A stretch of DNA of 64,000 nt from Lachnospiraceae bacterium (GCA_963593385.1 CAVAZS010000001.1:45020-109019), one strand, 5' to 3'. Numbered from the stretch's first letter, positions 20,483 to 31,826 are shown. Program-made: numbers and translations. The notes: a model not told the origin generated them from the letters alone.

Positions 20483-22269
20483 TCTTTTTCCTCCTTTACA
20501 TAAGATGATTGAATTTCATAAATTCTCTTATATAAACCATCTTGTCGAATTAAATCTTCATGTTTTCCTGAAGCACTTATCTTTCCATCTTCAATAACAT
20601 AAATATAATCTGCATCTTTTGCACTATTAATTCTTTGTGTAATGATGATTTTGGTTACATCTTCTTGTAATTCATTTAATGATGCACGAATACTTGCGTC
20701 AGTTTCTGTATCTACAGCACTTAATGAATCATCAAAGATTAATATTTTATTGTCATTCATAATAGTTCGAGCTATCGCTATGCGTTGTTTTTGACCACCA
20801 GATAAAGTTACACCTTTTTCACCAACAAGAGTTTCATAACCATCTTTAAAAGAATGAATGACATCATGAATATGTGCAATCTTAGCAGCTTGTTCAACAT
20901 CATTAGTTGTATGATTTGCACTACTTAAATGTATATTTTCATATATCGATTTAGAAAATAAGAATGGTTCTTGTAAAACAATTCCTACTTGTTTTCTAAG
21001 ATAGTCTTTTTGAATATCTCTCAATTCATATGTATCTAATAATATTGATCCACTAGTGTAATCATATAAACCAGTTAATAAATGTACCAAAGAACTTTTA
21101 CCACTACCTGTTGGCCCAATTATCGCGATAGTAGACCCTTTATCAATATGCATATTGATATCTTTTAATATAGGAGTATTTGCATCATCGTATTGAAAAC
21201 TTACATGTTTCAAAGTGATTTCACCTGTTAGCTCTGGTTTAATTCCACTTTTTGTATCTTCTTCTTTTTCATTAAATATTTCTACTAAACGATTAATCGC
21301 AACGGAACTTTTACCAATATCAGATAAAATTCTACCAAGTTGTCTAGCAGGCCATAAAATCATGGAAATATAAGAAATAAAAACAAAGAAATTTCCTACT
21401 GATAAACTACCATTTTGTGCTTCTTTGATACCAAAATAAAGCACAATCACAATTTGTAACATGCATAAAATATCACTAGAAGACCAATATCTACCTAACA
21501 AGTGCATCATATGAAATGTTAAGTCTCGATATTCTTTATTATCTTCATCAAATTTATCTGCTTCATATTTTTCTTTTCCAAATGCTTTAACAACTCTTAT
21601 TCCCGATAAATTTTCTTGAATCATCGTTGTTAGTCGTGCTTCAGAATCATCACTTTCCATGAATGCTTTTTGGTTACGATCATAAAAATAATAAGCATAT
21701 ACTAATAAAATAGGCATTAAGCATACTGACTTAATTGTTAATGAAGGATGAATCTTCCATAATAAAATACTTGCGATAATAATGATTGATATAGAACGAA
21801 CGATTTGTTGAAGTTGACTACCCATTACTTTACGAATCTGTTCTACATCACTTGTACATTTTTGTACAAGTTCTCCTGTTTTCACTTTTACGTGATAGGA
21901 ATAAGGTAACTTTTGTAAGTGATCATATAAATCATTACGGATGTGATACACCATATTTTCACTGATTATGCCACTTAAATATCCTCTAAAATATAATGCT
22001 AAAGAAGAAATCACATAAATTAAAATGATAACTAAGCCGCCAATCCACAAATGATTCTGTATTACTTCTATACCACCAATTGATATAACAAGAGAATGAA
22101 CTAATTTATTTTCAATCGGTTGTTTGTTTATGACATTATCAATAAAAAAAGAGAATACTAAAGGATGAAGTAAACTAAAAAATACAGATATTACTCCTAA
22201 TAAAATCATGAGAATCAAATTAATACGATTCCCTTTTAAATATTTTTGTATAAAACTAATTTTAGTCAT
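20479..22269 (-). CDS. ABC exporter, fused permease/ATPase (heterodimer half, degenerate site)
   Basis: GPTGSGKS, LSGGQKQR, degenerate Walker B FDDS and switch TQR; ATGA coupling to partner. Confidence 0.9.
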   Translation of the reverse strand: MTKISFIQKYLKGNRINLILMILLGVISVFFSLLHPLVFSFFIDNVINKQPIENKLVHSLVISIGGIEVIQNHLWIGGLVIILIYVISSLALYFRGYLSGIISENMVYHIRNDLYDHLQKLPYSYHVKVKTGELVQKCTSDVEQIRKVMGSQLQQIVRSISIIIIASILLWKIHPSLTIKSVCLMPILLVYAYYFYDRNQKAFMESDDSEARLTTMIQENLSGIRVVKAFGKEKYEADKFDEDNKEYRDLTFHMMHLLGRYWSSSDILCMLQIVIVLYFGIKEAQNGSLSVGNFFVFISYISMILWPARQLGRILSDIGKSSVAINRLVEIFNEKEEDTKSGIKPELTGEITLKHVSFQYDDANTPILKDINMHIDKGSTIAIIGPTGSGKSSLVHLLTGLYDYTSGSILLDTYELRDIQKDYLRKQVGIVLQEPFLFSKSIYENIHLSSANHTTNDVEQAAKIAHIHDVIHSFKDGYETLVGEKGVTLSGGQKQRIAIARTIMNDNKILIFDDSLSAVDTETDASIRASLNELQEDVTKIIITQRINSAKDADYIYVIEDGKISASGKHEDLIRQDGLYKRIYEIQSSYVKEEKE

Positions 22270-22296
22270 GTAAAACTCCTTAAAAAAAGCCAGGAC

Positions 22297-22557
22297 TTAT
22301 TGGCTTACTTTATAGCTTTTAAGTGCCTGGGCGATTTGATCTGGACATGATGTAGATTTGAAACCACATTGAATTCCATCTAATCTACTAATTACATCAT
22401 CAATGTTTTGTCCTTTAACTAGTGCTGCAATACCTTTTAAATTACCATTACAACCACCAATTACTTCTAAACTTTCTATTTTATTATCTTCGCTGATAAC
22501 AAAATCCATCTCCTTAGAACATACCCCTTGAGGCTTATATACAAAAGATTTCCCCAT
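22297..22557 (-). CDS. TIGR03905-family stand-alone TSCPD-domain protein
   Basis: GVCS, GGCNGNLKGI, CGFKSTSCPDQ motifs. Confidence 0.88.
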   Translation of the reverse strand: MGKSFVYKPQGVCSKEMDFVISEDNKIESLEVIGGCNGNLKGIAALVKGQNIDDVISRLDGIQCGFKSTSCPDQIAQALKSYKVSQ

Positions 22558-22617
22558 GTTCTTACTCCTTTTTTATTGAACTCATTTTAGCACACGCTAA
22601 AAGAAATAGATAGTTAA

Positions 22618-22821
22618 TTACTCTATGTCTAACTCTATTGGTTTATCGATTTCATCCGAAACATATTTACCATTCTTTTTTCTTTGTTTAACACATTCTG
22701 TTAACAAATATTCTATTTGTCCATTTACCGATCTAAAATCATCATCTGCCCATTTTGCGATTTGATCATATAATTTACTAGATAGTCTTAAAGGAATTTG
22801 TTTTTTCTTAGAATCATCCAT
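22618..22821 (-). CDS. Arc-like ribbon-helix-helix DNA-binding protein
   Basis: KQIPLRL beta-strand, then WADDDFRSVNGQIEYLL (Arc-type RSxN motif); TGATG coupling to the SPFH gene. Confidence 0.8.
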   Translation of the reverse strand: MDDSKKKQIPLRLSSKLYDQIAKWADDDFRSVNGQIEYLLTECVKQRKKNGKYVSDEIDKPIELDIE

Positions 22822-23792
22822 CAATAAAGACTACCAGAATTTACTACAGGTTGGGCATCCTTATTACCGCATAATACAACTAACAAGTTAGATACCATTG
22901 CGGCTTTTCTTTCATCGTCAAGTTCAACGATATCATTTTCTTTTAATTTACTTAATGCCATTTCTACCATACTAACAGCACCTTCTACAATCATTTTACG
23001 AGCATCAATAATTGCTGAAGCTTGTTGTCTTTGTAACATTACAGCCGCAATTTCTGGAGCATATGCAAGATAAGTAATTCTAGCTTCTAAAATCTCAATA
23101 CCTGCTTCACTAACTTTAGCTTGAATTTCTTTTTTGATTCTTTCAGCTACAACAGAACTTGAACCTCTTAAACTACCATCATCTGCTATGCCATCACCTG
23201 TTGTATCAATATTTTCTGCCACATCATAAGGATAAATTCTTACAACATCACGGAGTGCTGTATCTGACATTAGTGATAAATACTCTTTATAGTTATCTAC
23301 GTTAAATACCGCTTTAGCTGTATCTACGACTTTCCAAGTTACCGCAATACCTATTTCTACAGGATTACCTAATACATCATTAATCTTTTGACGATTATTA
23401 TTTAATGTCATTGTCTTAAGAGATATTTTTTTACTAGCCATTTGATTAGGTGATTCTATACCTTTTACATCTCCACTTTGATTTAGTTTTGTACTAGCTG
23501 CAGGATTTATAGCTGTACAGAATGGATTAACATAATAGAATCCTTCACCTTTTAAAGTGCCTACATATTTACCAAATAGTGTTAATACTAGTGCTTCTTG
23601 AGGCTTTAATACTTTTAAACCTAAAAAGAAAATCCATCCAACACTGACATAAATTATACAAACAATGAATAGTAATCCTTCACCTAAAATACCATCTACA
23701 ATTAGACCTACAACAGCTAATAAATAGATTCCTAAAAGTAACAAAAGCATTTGCATTCCATTACGATTTTTCTTTAGTTCAATTTCTTCCAT
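22821..23792 (-). CDS. SPFH/Band 7 domain membrane protein
   Basis: Two N-terminal TM helices, FGKYVGT, LAYAPEIAAVMLQRQQA; ATG 23792 after GGAGGA. Confidence 0.9.
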   Translation of the reverse strand: MEEIELKKNRNGMQMLLLLLGIYLLAVVGLIVDGILGEGLLFIVCIIYVSVGWIFFLGLKVLKPQEALVLTLFGKYVGTLKGEGFYYVNPFCTAINPAASTKLNQSGDVKGIESPNQMASKKISLKTMTLNNNRQKINDVLGNPVEIGIAVTWKVVDTAKAVFNVDNYKEYLSLMSDTALRDVVRIYPYDVAENIDTTGDGIADDGSLRGSSSVVAERIKKEIQAKVSEAGIEILEARITYLAYAPEIAAVMLQRQQASAIIDARKMIVEGAVSMVEMALSKLKENDIVELDDERKAAMVSNLLVVLCGNKDAQPVVNSGSLY

Positions 23793-23814
23793 ATTTTCCT
23801 CCACACGTATTAAT

Positions 23815-23835
23815 GTGATATCATTATGATATCAC
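23815..23835. promoter_or_regulatory. Perfect 21-bp palindromic operator upstream of the SPFH-Arc operon
   Basis: GTGATATCAT-T-ATGATATCAC; two TGATATCA boxes 11 bp apart. Confidence 0.7.
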
Positions 23836-23906
23836 TATATAAATATTTTGTATAGCAATATAAAAAGATGAGTTTCCCCATCTTCTTACTTCTAGCATTA
23901 AACAAT

Positions 23907-26738
23907 TTACTCGTTTTCAGTACTACTAGTATCTTTCAAAGAAAATACTACATTCTCTGGTGTATTTGACGCAGACTTCAGTTTTTCTAAATCACTTTGC
24001 ATTCTAGCATATACAGTCGTTAAATTTGTGCATGATCTAAACATATCTACTACTGTTGTAACATTAGTTGTGTCAAAACTTGATAAATCTAATGTAGATA
24101 ATGTATTGCATGAAATGAACATATTACTCATATCTGTAACACTACTTGTCACAAAATTTGTAACATCTAAACTAGATAATTTACCACAAGCCGCAAACAT
24201 ATATGACATATTTGTGACTTTACTTGTATCAAATTTTGAAACATCAATACCAGTTAAATCATTACATATCGCAAACATATATGACATATCCGTTACATTA
24301 CTTGTATTAAAGTTTGTAACATCTAAGTTCGTTAAATCTTCGCATGAAGTAAACATGTAACTCATATCTGTAACTTTATCTGTAATAAATGTAGTTACAT
24401 CTAATTCTTTTAAACTAGAACAAGTCATAAACATATTACTCATATTTGTCACTAAACTTGTATCAATATTGTTATTAAAGAGAATATATTGTAAACGATG
24501 CTTAATTTCTGAAGAATATTCATTAAACATCGATGAAGAATCTTCATTAAAGATAATCTTTTGACCACTTACTTGTGTAGTTACATACCACGTATTTTGA
24601 TCATCTTCTCCTACACCTAAATAACCAAGAACCGAATTATCTTGTGCAGCTGATAAATCGTAAATTACAGCAATATCTGGTACAACTGTATCTGTAAATA
24701 CAACTTTTGTAGCATTAGATGGAATCAAACTATTAAATGTACTTCCTGTAGTTAGTTTATAAGAAGTGCCAATCCAATGTGCATATAAAGTAATATCACT
24801 GCTTTCCGATTGAATAACAGTATCACCTATAACCTTTGTTCCACCATCTTGTGTTGTATACCAACCACCGAATGTATATCCTTCTTTTGTTGCTGTAGGT
24901 AAAGTGCCAAATCTGTTATATGCAAATCCATTCTCTACTTGCCAAGGACTTTCACTACACTCTCCACCATTAGGATCAAATGCAACCGTTCTTACATCCA
25001 TGTAAATATAGCCATCATCAATAACTGCCTTAGCTTTAGATTTATTTACATATGATGAATTATAGTTCGGTAACCTTGTACATCCATCAAACATTTGGTA
25101 ATCATTAGAACCTTGCGTTACATTGCTTAAATCAAATTTACTTGTTGCATAGATTGAACTTAGTTTATTATCATTTTTAAACATTCCCATTACATATACA
25201 ACATTTCTCATATCAAAACTTGTTAAATCTAATGTAGTTAAAGACGAGCAATCTTGAAACATATCTTCCATATCTGTAACACTTGCTGTATTAAAGGTTT
25301 CAGAGAAAGTTATCGATTCTAACGCTGAACTTCCTTCAAACATACCATGCATTGCAGTAACATTTTCTGTATTAAAATTTGATAAATCTAATGATTTTAA
25401 TTTTGAACAATAGTTAAACATTCCTGTCATCTTTTCAACTTTACTTGTATCAAAATTACTTAAGTCCAAGCTTTCAATACCTGTAGCAGAAAACATATTT
25501 GTCATACTTTTTACTAAGCTAGTATCTACATTAGAAAAATCAATTGATGTGATATCTTCATGCATGTAGAACATTTGCGAAGAATTTTCATTAAATATTA
25601 CCTTCTTATATTGATTTTGCGTACTGACATAATATGTAGTTCCATCTAACCAACCTACTACAGACTGATCTCCATTAGCACTTAAATCTTTCACTGTAGT
25701 ACCAACTGGCGCATCTATATAAGTAAATACAACTTTTGTTACATTCGAATCTAGATTAACCCAAAAATCAAATCCTGAAACTAATTTATATGTAGCGGTT
25801 GTGCTCCAATGCGCATATAAAGTCATATTACTTGTACATGTATCTGTTTTTTGTACTAAAGTACCATCCGCTTTATACCAGCCTTTAAATTCAACAGTTG
25901 AATCAGAATATGTTGGTGTTGGAAGCTCGCCATAAGCTTTACCATATTCATATACTTTTGAAGTTGTTGAACACGTTCCACCATTAGCATCAAAAGTAAT
26001 CGTCTTATACTTATTTTGAACATTAATATCAATAGTAGTATTTCCGTTAATCGCACCTGTATAAGATTCTTTTCCTAGGTATGTATATTGATCTGTAGTT
26101 AAAGAAATATTATCTACTCTATATGTTGAACCAAAAGGAACATAATGACTAAAACTCCAAGTTTCATTTCCTACCTTCTGATCATTTACATAAACATCAA
26201 ATTGAATATCTGTCATTGATTCAGTTGGATCATCTTGTACATAAGGTCCAACATTTAATTCATAGCATTCTTTATCTATAAAAGTAAAAACTAAATTATC
26301 TGTATAAGTTCCACCAGAAGAACCAGTTTCATTTAATTTTAAATTCAAACTTTTTGAAAATGTAGATTCATTTTCATATTTACTTAAATCATTTCCTTCA
26401 GGATAAGTCCAAGATGTATTTTGTGTAACTACAGTATCTCCATCTTTAACAGTATATGAAATTTCTTGATTACCATTTTTTAGTTTAAAATTATTTTTGG
26501 AATTTACACTAATTGTTAATTCATGTGCCTTAGATACTTTACCTTTTATATCAATACTAGATTGATTATATTCGTCAAAATATACAAATGCAGGAATAGT
26601 CACTTCATATGTACTTTTATCATTTGTATAAGTTTCACCAGCACTTTCTTCATTTGCATAAATATTTTGATTGAAAAAGGCTATACCAAAAGAAGCTAGA
26701 ATGAATATATACAATAATACTTTTCTTACTTTTAACAT
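23907..26738 (-). CDS. Secreted surface protein: N-terminal beta domain, InlB B-repeats (Flg_new) and two DUF285/BspA-type LRR blocks
   Basis: Signal peptide; TFDANGG...GWY...LYAHW twice; LDLSxFxTxxVTxMxxMF repeats; no LPxTG or C-terminal TM. Confidence 0.85.
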   Translation of the reverse strand: MLKVRKVLLYIFILASFGIAFFNQNIYANEESAGETYTNDKSTYEVTIPAFVYFDEYNQSSIDIKGKVSKAHELTISVNSKNNFKLKNGNQEISYTVKDGDTVVTQNTSWTYPEGNDLSKYENESTFSKSLNLKLNETGSSGGTYTDNLVFTFIDKECYELNVGPYVQDDPTESMTDIQFDVYVNDQKVGNETWSFSHYVPFGSTYRVDNISLTTDQYTYLGKESYTGAINGNTTIDINVQNKYKTITFDANGGTCSTTSKVYEYGKAYGELPTPTYSDSTVEFKGWYKADGTLVQKTDTCTSNMTLYAHWSTTATYKLVSGFDFWVNLDSNVTKVVFTYIDAPVGTTVKDLSANGDQSVVGWLDGTTYYVSTQNQYKKVIFNENSSQMFYMHEDITSIDFSNVDTSLVKSMTNMFSATGIESLDLSNFDTSKVEKMTGMFNYCSKLKSLDLSNFNTENVTAMHGMFEGSSALESITFSETFNTASVTDMEDMFQDCSSLTTLDLTSFDMRNVVYVMGMFKNDNKLSSIYATSKFDLSNVTQGSNDYQMFDGCTRLPNYNSSYVNKSKAKAVIDDGYIYMDVRTVAFDPNGGECSESPWQVENGFAYNRFGTLPTATKEGYTFGGWYTTQDGGTKVIGDTVIQSESSDITLYAHWIGTSYKLTTGSTFNSLIPSNATKVVFTDTVVPDIAVIYDLSAAQDNSVLGYLGVGEDDQNTWYVTTQVSGQKIIFNEDSSSMFNEYSSEIKHRLQYILFNNNIDTSLVTNMSNMFMTCSSLKELDVTTFITDKVTDMSYMFTSCEDLTNLDVTNFNTSNVTDMSYMFAICNDLTGIDVSKFDTSKVTNMSYMFAACGKLSSLDVTNFVTSSVTDMSNMFISCNTLSTLDLSSFDTTNVTTVVDMFRSCTNLTTVYARMQSDLEKLKSASNTPENVVFSLKDTSSTENE
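23950..24530 (-). repeat. Intragenic 78-bp-period LRR coding repeats
   Basis: CGCAAACATATATGACATAT recurs at 24192 and 24270 (78 bp = 26 aa). Confidence 0.75.
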
Positions 26739-26782
26739 ATTTCTTTCCCTTCTTTCTATATTACTAGTCCCCTATATACTCT

Positions 26783-26813
26783 AAAAGCTATAGCCAATTA
26801 AACTATAGCTTTT
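26783..26813 (-). terminator. Terminator-like hairpin between the small secreted gene and the large LRR gene
   Basis: AAAAGCTATAG...CTATAGCTTTT 11-bp stem. Confidence 0.7.
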
Positions 26814-26835
26814 CAATTTAATTTTATAAATAAGA

Positions 26836-27327
26836 TTAATTTTTAGTATTTAATGTAGCTGTATAAGTAACTGTTCCTTTGTAATTACCAGCCTTAACAT
26901 TTGAACTTGCTAAAGCAAATGTTAATGTTGTAGTTTTTGTTGCAATATCGGTTGTTCCAAATGTTAATACAGTATCATTTACCTGAACAGCTTGATTACC
27001 ATTTTGTACATTATAAGTAATCTCGTTAGAACCTGCTCCATTTTTATCTTTCATTGTAAATGCACCATCTGTTCCAGAGCCTCTTACTTTAATTACGATT
27101 TCTTTATCAGCCGCAACATTTGCTTGAGTAACACTAACATCACCAGTTGTAGTAGCACTATTCAAACTAATAGCAGAATGAATTGTCCATGTATAGCTTG
27201 AATCAACAGTATAAGTAATATCAGTTGAGTTTGTACCATCACCTGAGACAGCTAGAATATTTGTTGTTAATGGGCTCATCATTGTAACTGCAGATAATGC
27301 AACAACTCCTAATTTATTTAAATTCAT
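26836..27327 (-). CDS. Small secreted Thr/Ser-rich beta-protein (WxL-like/pilin-like)
   Basis: Signal peptide MNLNKLGVVALSAVTMMSPLTTNILA; ends AGNYKGTVTYTATLNTKN; ATG 27327 after GAGGGA. Confidence 0.75.
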   Translation of the reverse strand: MNLNKLGVVALSAVTMMSPLTTNILAVSGDGTNSTDITYTVDSSYTWTIHSAISLNSATTTGDVSVTQANVAADKEIVIKVRGSGTDGAFTMKDKNGAGSNEITYNVQNGNQAVQVNDTVLTFGTTDIATKTTTLTFALASSNVKAGNYKGTVTYTATLNTKN

Positions 27328-27410
27328 GTTTTCTTCCCTCTTTCTAAGCATAAATTTCTTAAGCAATTTTAATTAGCTATATATTACAACCTTTTTATGT
27401 ATAATGCTAA

Positions 27411-28829
27411 TTATTTTGTATTTGATTCGATAAGTTTTGGTGAAGAAGCTTCTTTTAATTCAAAATAGAATGTACTTCCTTTACCTTCTTCACTGATTAC
27501 GCCATATTTAGCATGATGTAATTCTAGTACTTCTCTAACAATTGCTAGACCTATACCACTACCTTTAGTAAAGCGAATATGTTCAGCGTTAATCTTATAA
27601 TATCTTTCCCAAACATTTGGTAAGTTTTCTTTAGAAATACCTACACCATGATCTTCTACTTCTAAACGAATATTGTCATCTTTTTTAAATACTCGAATTT
27701 CAATATTCTTGTTATCTGCAGAATAATTTATTGCATTAGTCATAAAGTTATTGAATACTTGTTCAATACGCTTCTCATCTGCTTCAACATATAAGTTTTC
27801 TTCAATATCTGTAGTAAATGTATAGCCATCATTTACACTATATACATCATATTTTCTTAGTTCTCTTTGTGCTAATAAAGATAAATTAAATACTGTAGGG
27901 TTCAAAGTAATTTTCTTTTCTTCTAGCTTAGATAAGTCTAGTAAATCATTTACAAGATATGTTAATCGCTTAGCTTCATCAATAATTACTTGGCAATTTT
28001 CATCAGTCTTTTCACCAGGTAAATCTTTCATCATTTCCCCATATCCACTAATCATTGTTAATGGTGTTCTTAAATCATGAGAAACATTTGCGATTAAGTC
28101 TCTTTTTGCTTGATCTGCCTTTTGTATATCTACTGAAGCTTTTTGCAGAGTCTCATTTAGCTCATATACTTCTTGATAAGCATTAACTTTATCATTATAT
28201 GTATATGTACCTTTAGCGATTTGTTTAGCGGATTCATTTAAAGAAATAAGTGGTGCTGCAATATTACGATTCATCATAATAACAAGCACAATTACGACTA
28301 ATAATACAAATGCTGAGATAATCCATAATTGCTTAGTTAATGTACTAACAGTCGCATCAACTGGTGTAATGCTTGTATTAACCATAACAATATATGTTTG
28401 ATTTGCTACATCCGTTATTTTTGTATAAGTAATATCTTTGATTGTATTTTTTTCACTACCATCAAACGATTCATTCTTCGTTGATAAATATGAGTTGTTA
28501 TTTGCTCTAGCTTCTGATATTTCTTTTACGAGTTCTTCATTACTCATGCGATATAGTACGCATCCAACATTACCCGCATAAATGCTACTACTTTCACTAT
28601 AAATACGAATGCATAAGTCATTTTCAGCAGAAACTCTATACATCGTATCGGATAAGTCATCTTTAGCAATAGAAGAAATAATATCTGATGTTGCTTGCTT
28701 TACGGTATTAATTTTAGAACTTTCATACATTGGTTCTAGCAAAACTATTTGAAATAAAGCAATTAAGCCTATTAAGCTACCACCAAAAGCTAAAAGATAT
28801 TTCGCTATTTTCCATTTTAGACTAGTCAT
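27411..28829 (-). CDS. HAMP-domain sensor histidine kinase
   Basis: Two TM helices, SHDLRTPLT H-box, NAINYS, DHGVGI, GSGIGLAI; start 28829 or TTG 28838. Confidence 0.93.
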   Translation of the reverse strand: MTSLKWKIAKYLLAFGGSLIGLIALFQIVLLEPMYESSKINTVKQATSDIISSIAKDDLSDTMYRVSAENDLCIRIYSESSSIYAGNVGCVLYRMSNEELVKEISEARANNNSYLSTKNESFDGSEKNTIKDITYTKITDVANQTYIVMVNTSITPVDATVSTLTKQLWIISAFVLLVVIVLVIMMNRNIAAPLISLNESAKQIAKGTYTYNDKVNAYQEVYELNETLQKASVDIQKADQAKRDLIANVSHDLRTPLTMISGYGEMMKDLPGEKTDENCQVIIDEAKRLTYLVNDLLDLSKLEEKKITLNPTVFNLSLLAQRELRKYDVYSVNDGYTFTTDIEENLYVEADEKRIEQVFNNFMTNAINYSADNKNIEIRVFKKDDNIRLEVEDHGVGISKENLPNVWERYYKINAEHIRFTKGSGIGLAIVREVLELHHAKYGVISEEGKGSTFYFELKEASSPKLIESNTK

Positions 28830-29499
28830 CTTTTTCAAAGCGATAACCTACCCCTCTTAATGTCACAATATATTTGCTATATTCACCAATATTTTTACGT
28901 AGTAATTTCACATGTGTATCTAATGTTCTATCATCACCAAAGAAATCATAACCCCATACTGTTTCTAAAATTTTTTCACGAGTTAATGCAATTCCTCTAT
29001 TTTTTACTAGATATACTAATAAATCATATTCTTTTGGAGAAAGTTGTACTCTTTCACCCTTAATTGTTACCGTTCTAGCAGCATAATCAATCACTAAATC
29101 ATGTAATACGAATTTATCTGCATCACTAGTTTCTGGACTAGTTCTTTTTAAAATAGCATGAATTCTCATCATAAGTTCTTTTGTAGAGAATGGTTTAACA
29201 ACATAATCATCTACACCTAAATCAAATCCATGAATTTTATCATATTCTTCACCTAACGCTGATAACATAATTACAGGAATATTAGGCTTTTTCTTTTTAA
29301 TTTCTTTTACTGCACTAAATCCATCAAGTCCTGGCATCATTACATCCATAACAATTAAATCAAAATTATCTTGATCTGCTTTATTTACAGCATCAAAACC
29401 ATCTTTCGCTTCTTCTACTGTAAATCCTTCAAATTCAGCATATTTTCGGATCATTTCTCTAATCTTTTGTTCGTCATCTGTTACAAGTATTTTTGCCAT
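28822..29499 (-). CDS. OmpR-family response regulator
   Basis: DD, DVMMP, KPFS receiver domain; VWGYDF...RTLDTHVKLLR...RGVGY winged helix. Confidence 0.95.
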   Translation of the reverse strand: MAKILVTDDEQKIREMIRKYAEFEGFTVEEAKDGFDAVNKADQDNFDLIVMDVMMPGLDGFSAVKEIKKKKPNIPVIMLSALGEEYDKIHGFDLGVDDYVVKPFSTKELMMRIHAILKRTSPETSDADKFVLHDLVIDYAARTVTIKGERVQLSPKEYDLLVYLVKNRGIALTREKILETVWGYDFFGDDRTLDTHVKLLRKNIGEYSKYIVTLRGVGYRFEKDD

Positions 29500-29534
29500 A
29501 ACTTTCTTCCTCCAATAATACTTTATTAAAATAT

Positions 29535-29551
29535 TGTGAAATCAGTGTGAA
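29535..29551 (-). promoter_or_regulatory. Direct repeat TTCACA-N5-TTCACA, putative OmpR/PhoP-type binding site
   Basis: Two exact hexamers with 11-bp period just upstream of the response regulator RBS. Confidence 0.55.
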
Positions 29552-29552
29552 C

Positions 29553-30398
29553 TTATAATGATTCTATTGTGGTAATTACATTATCTAGTTCAGGTATTTC
29601 TAGTTCTTCTATTTTACCACTATCCGCTTTAGCAGCTTGTCCTTCACGTAGTGGAATTTCAGCTAAGATAGGCAAATCATATTTTTTACTAATTTCGCCT
29701 GTATGACTTTCACCAAAAATATGAATCTTGTGACCACAATCACTGCATTCTACATAGCTCATATTTTCTACTAGACCTAGAATATTTACATTCATCATGT
29801 TAGCCATATTAATTGCCTTTTCGACTACCATAGATACTAAATCTTGAGGGCTAGTCACAACGACAATACCATCTAGTGGTAATGATTGGAATGCTGTTAA
29901 AGGAACATCACTTGTTCCTGGAGGCATATCCACAAACATATAATCTACATCATCCCAATATACTTCTTGATAGAATTGCTTTAAGATACCTGCAACCATT
30001 GGGCCTCTCCAAATAATAGGTTGTTCATCAGCATCTAGTAACATATTTGTACTGATTAATTGAATACCAGTCGATGTAATTGCTGGAAGAATTAATTCTC
30101 CATCCCCCATAGCTTTTTCTGTAACACCAAATACTTTAGCCATACTAGGACCAGTAATATCACCATCTAATACAGCAACTCTTTTTCCTTTTTTACTCAT
30201 TGCGGAAGCAAGTGTTGCTGTAACAAAGGATTTTCCTACACCACCTTTACCAGACACAATACCAATCATTTTAGAAATATGGCTTCTTGGACTTGGGTTA
30301 ATATGTAAATCTACTTTTTCTCCTTTACTACTACAAGTTGAACAATCATGTGTACAACCTTCGCCACCACACTTATCACAATCTTTTTCTTGACTCAT
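29553..30398 (-). CDS. mrp: Mrp/ApbC/NBP35-family Fe-S cluster carrier ATPase
   Basis: Cys-rich N-terminus, SGKGGVGKS, WRGPM, DMPPGTSD, ENMS..C..C. Confidence 0.92.
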   Translation of the reverse strand: MSQEKDCDKCGGEGCTHDCSTCSSKGEKVDLHINPSPRSHISKMIGIVSGKGGVGKSFVTATLASAMSKKGKRVAVLDGDITGPSMAKVFGVTEKAMGDGELILPAITSTGIQLISTNMLLDADEQPIIWRGPMVAGILKQFYQEVYWDDVDYMFVDMPPGTSDVPLTAFQSLPLDGIVVVTSPQDLVSMVVEKAINMANMMNVNILGLVENMSYVECSDCGHKIHIFGESHTGEISKKYDLPILAEIPLREGQAAKADSGKIEELEIPELDNVITTIESL

Positions 30399-30405
30399 TT
30401 TATAA

Positions 30406-31818
<1,413 letters not shown>

Positions 31819-31826
31819 TTCGTATA

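Noticed and set aside
23907..26738. LRR gene as an active DGR target
   Set aside because: No template repeat with adenine-only differences, no avd and no intact RT seen; the repeats are ordinary 78-bp coding repeats
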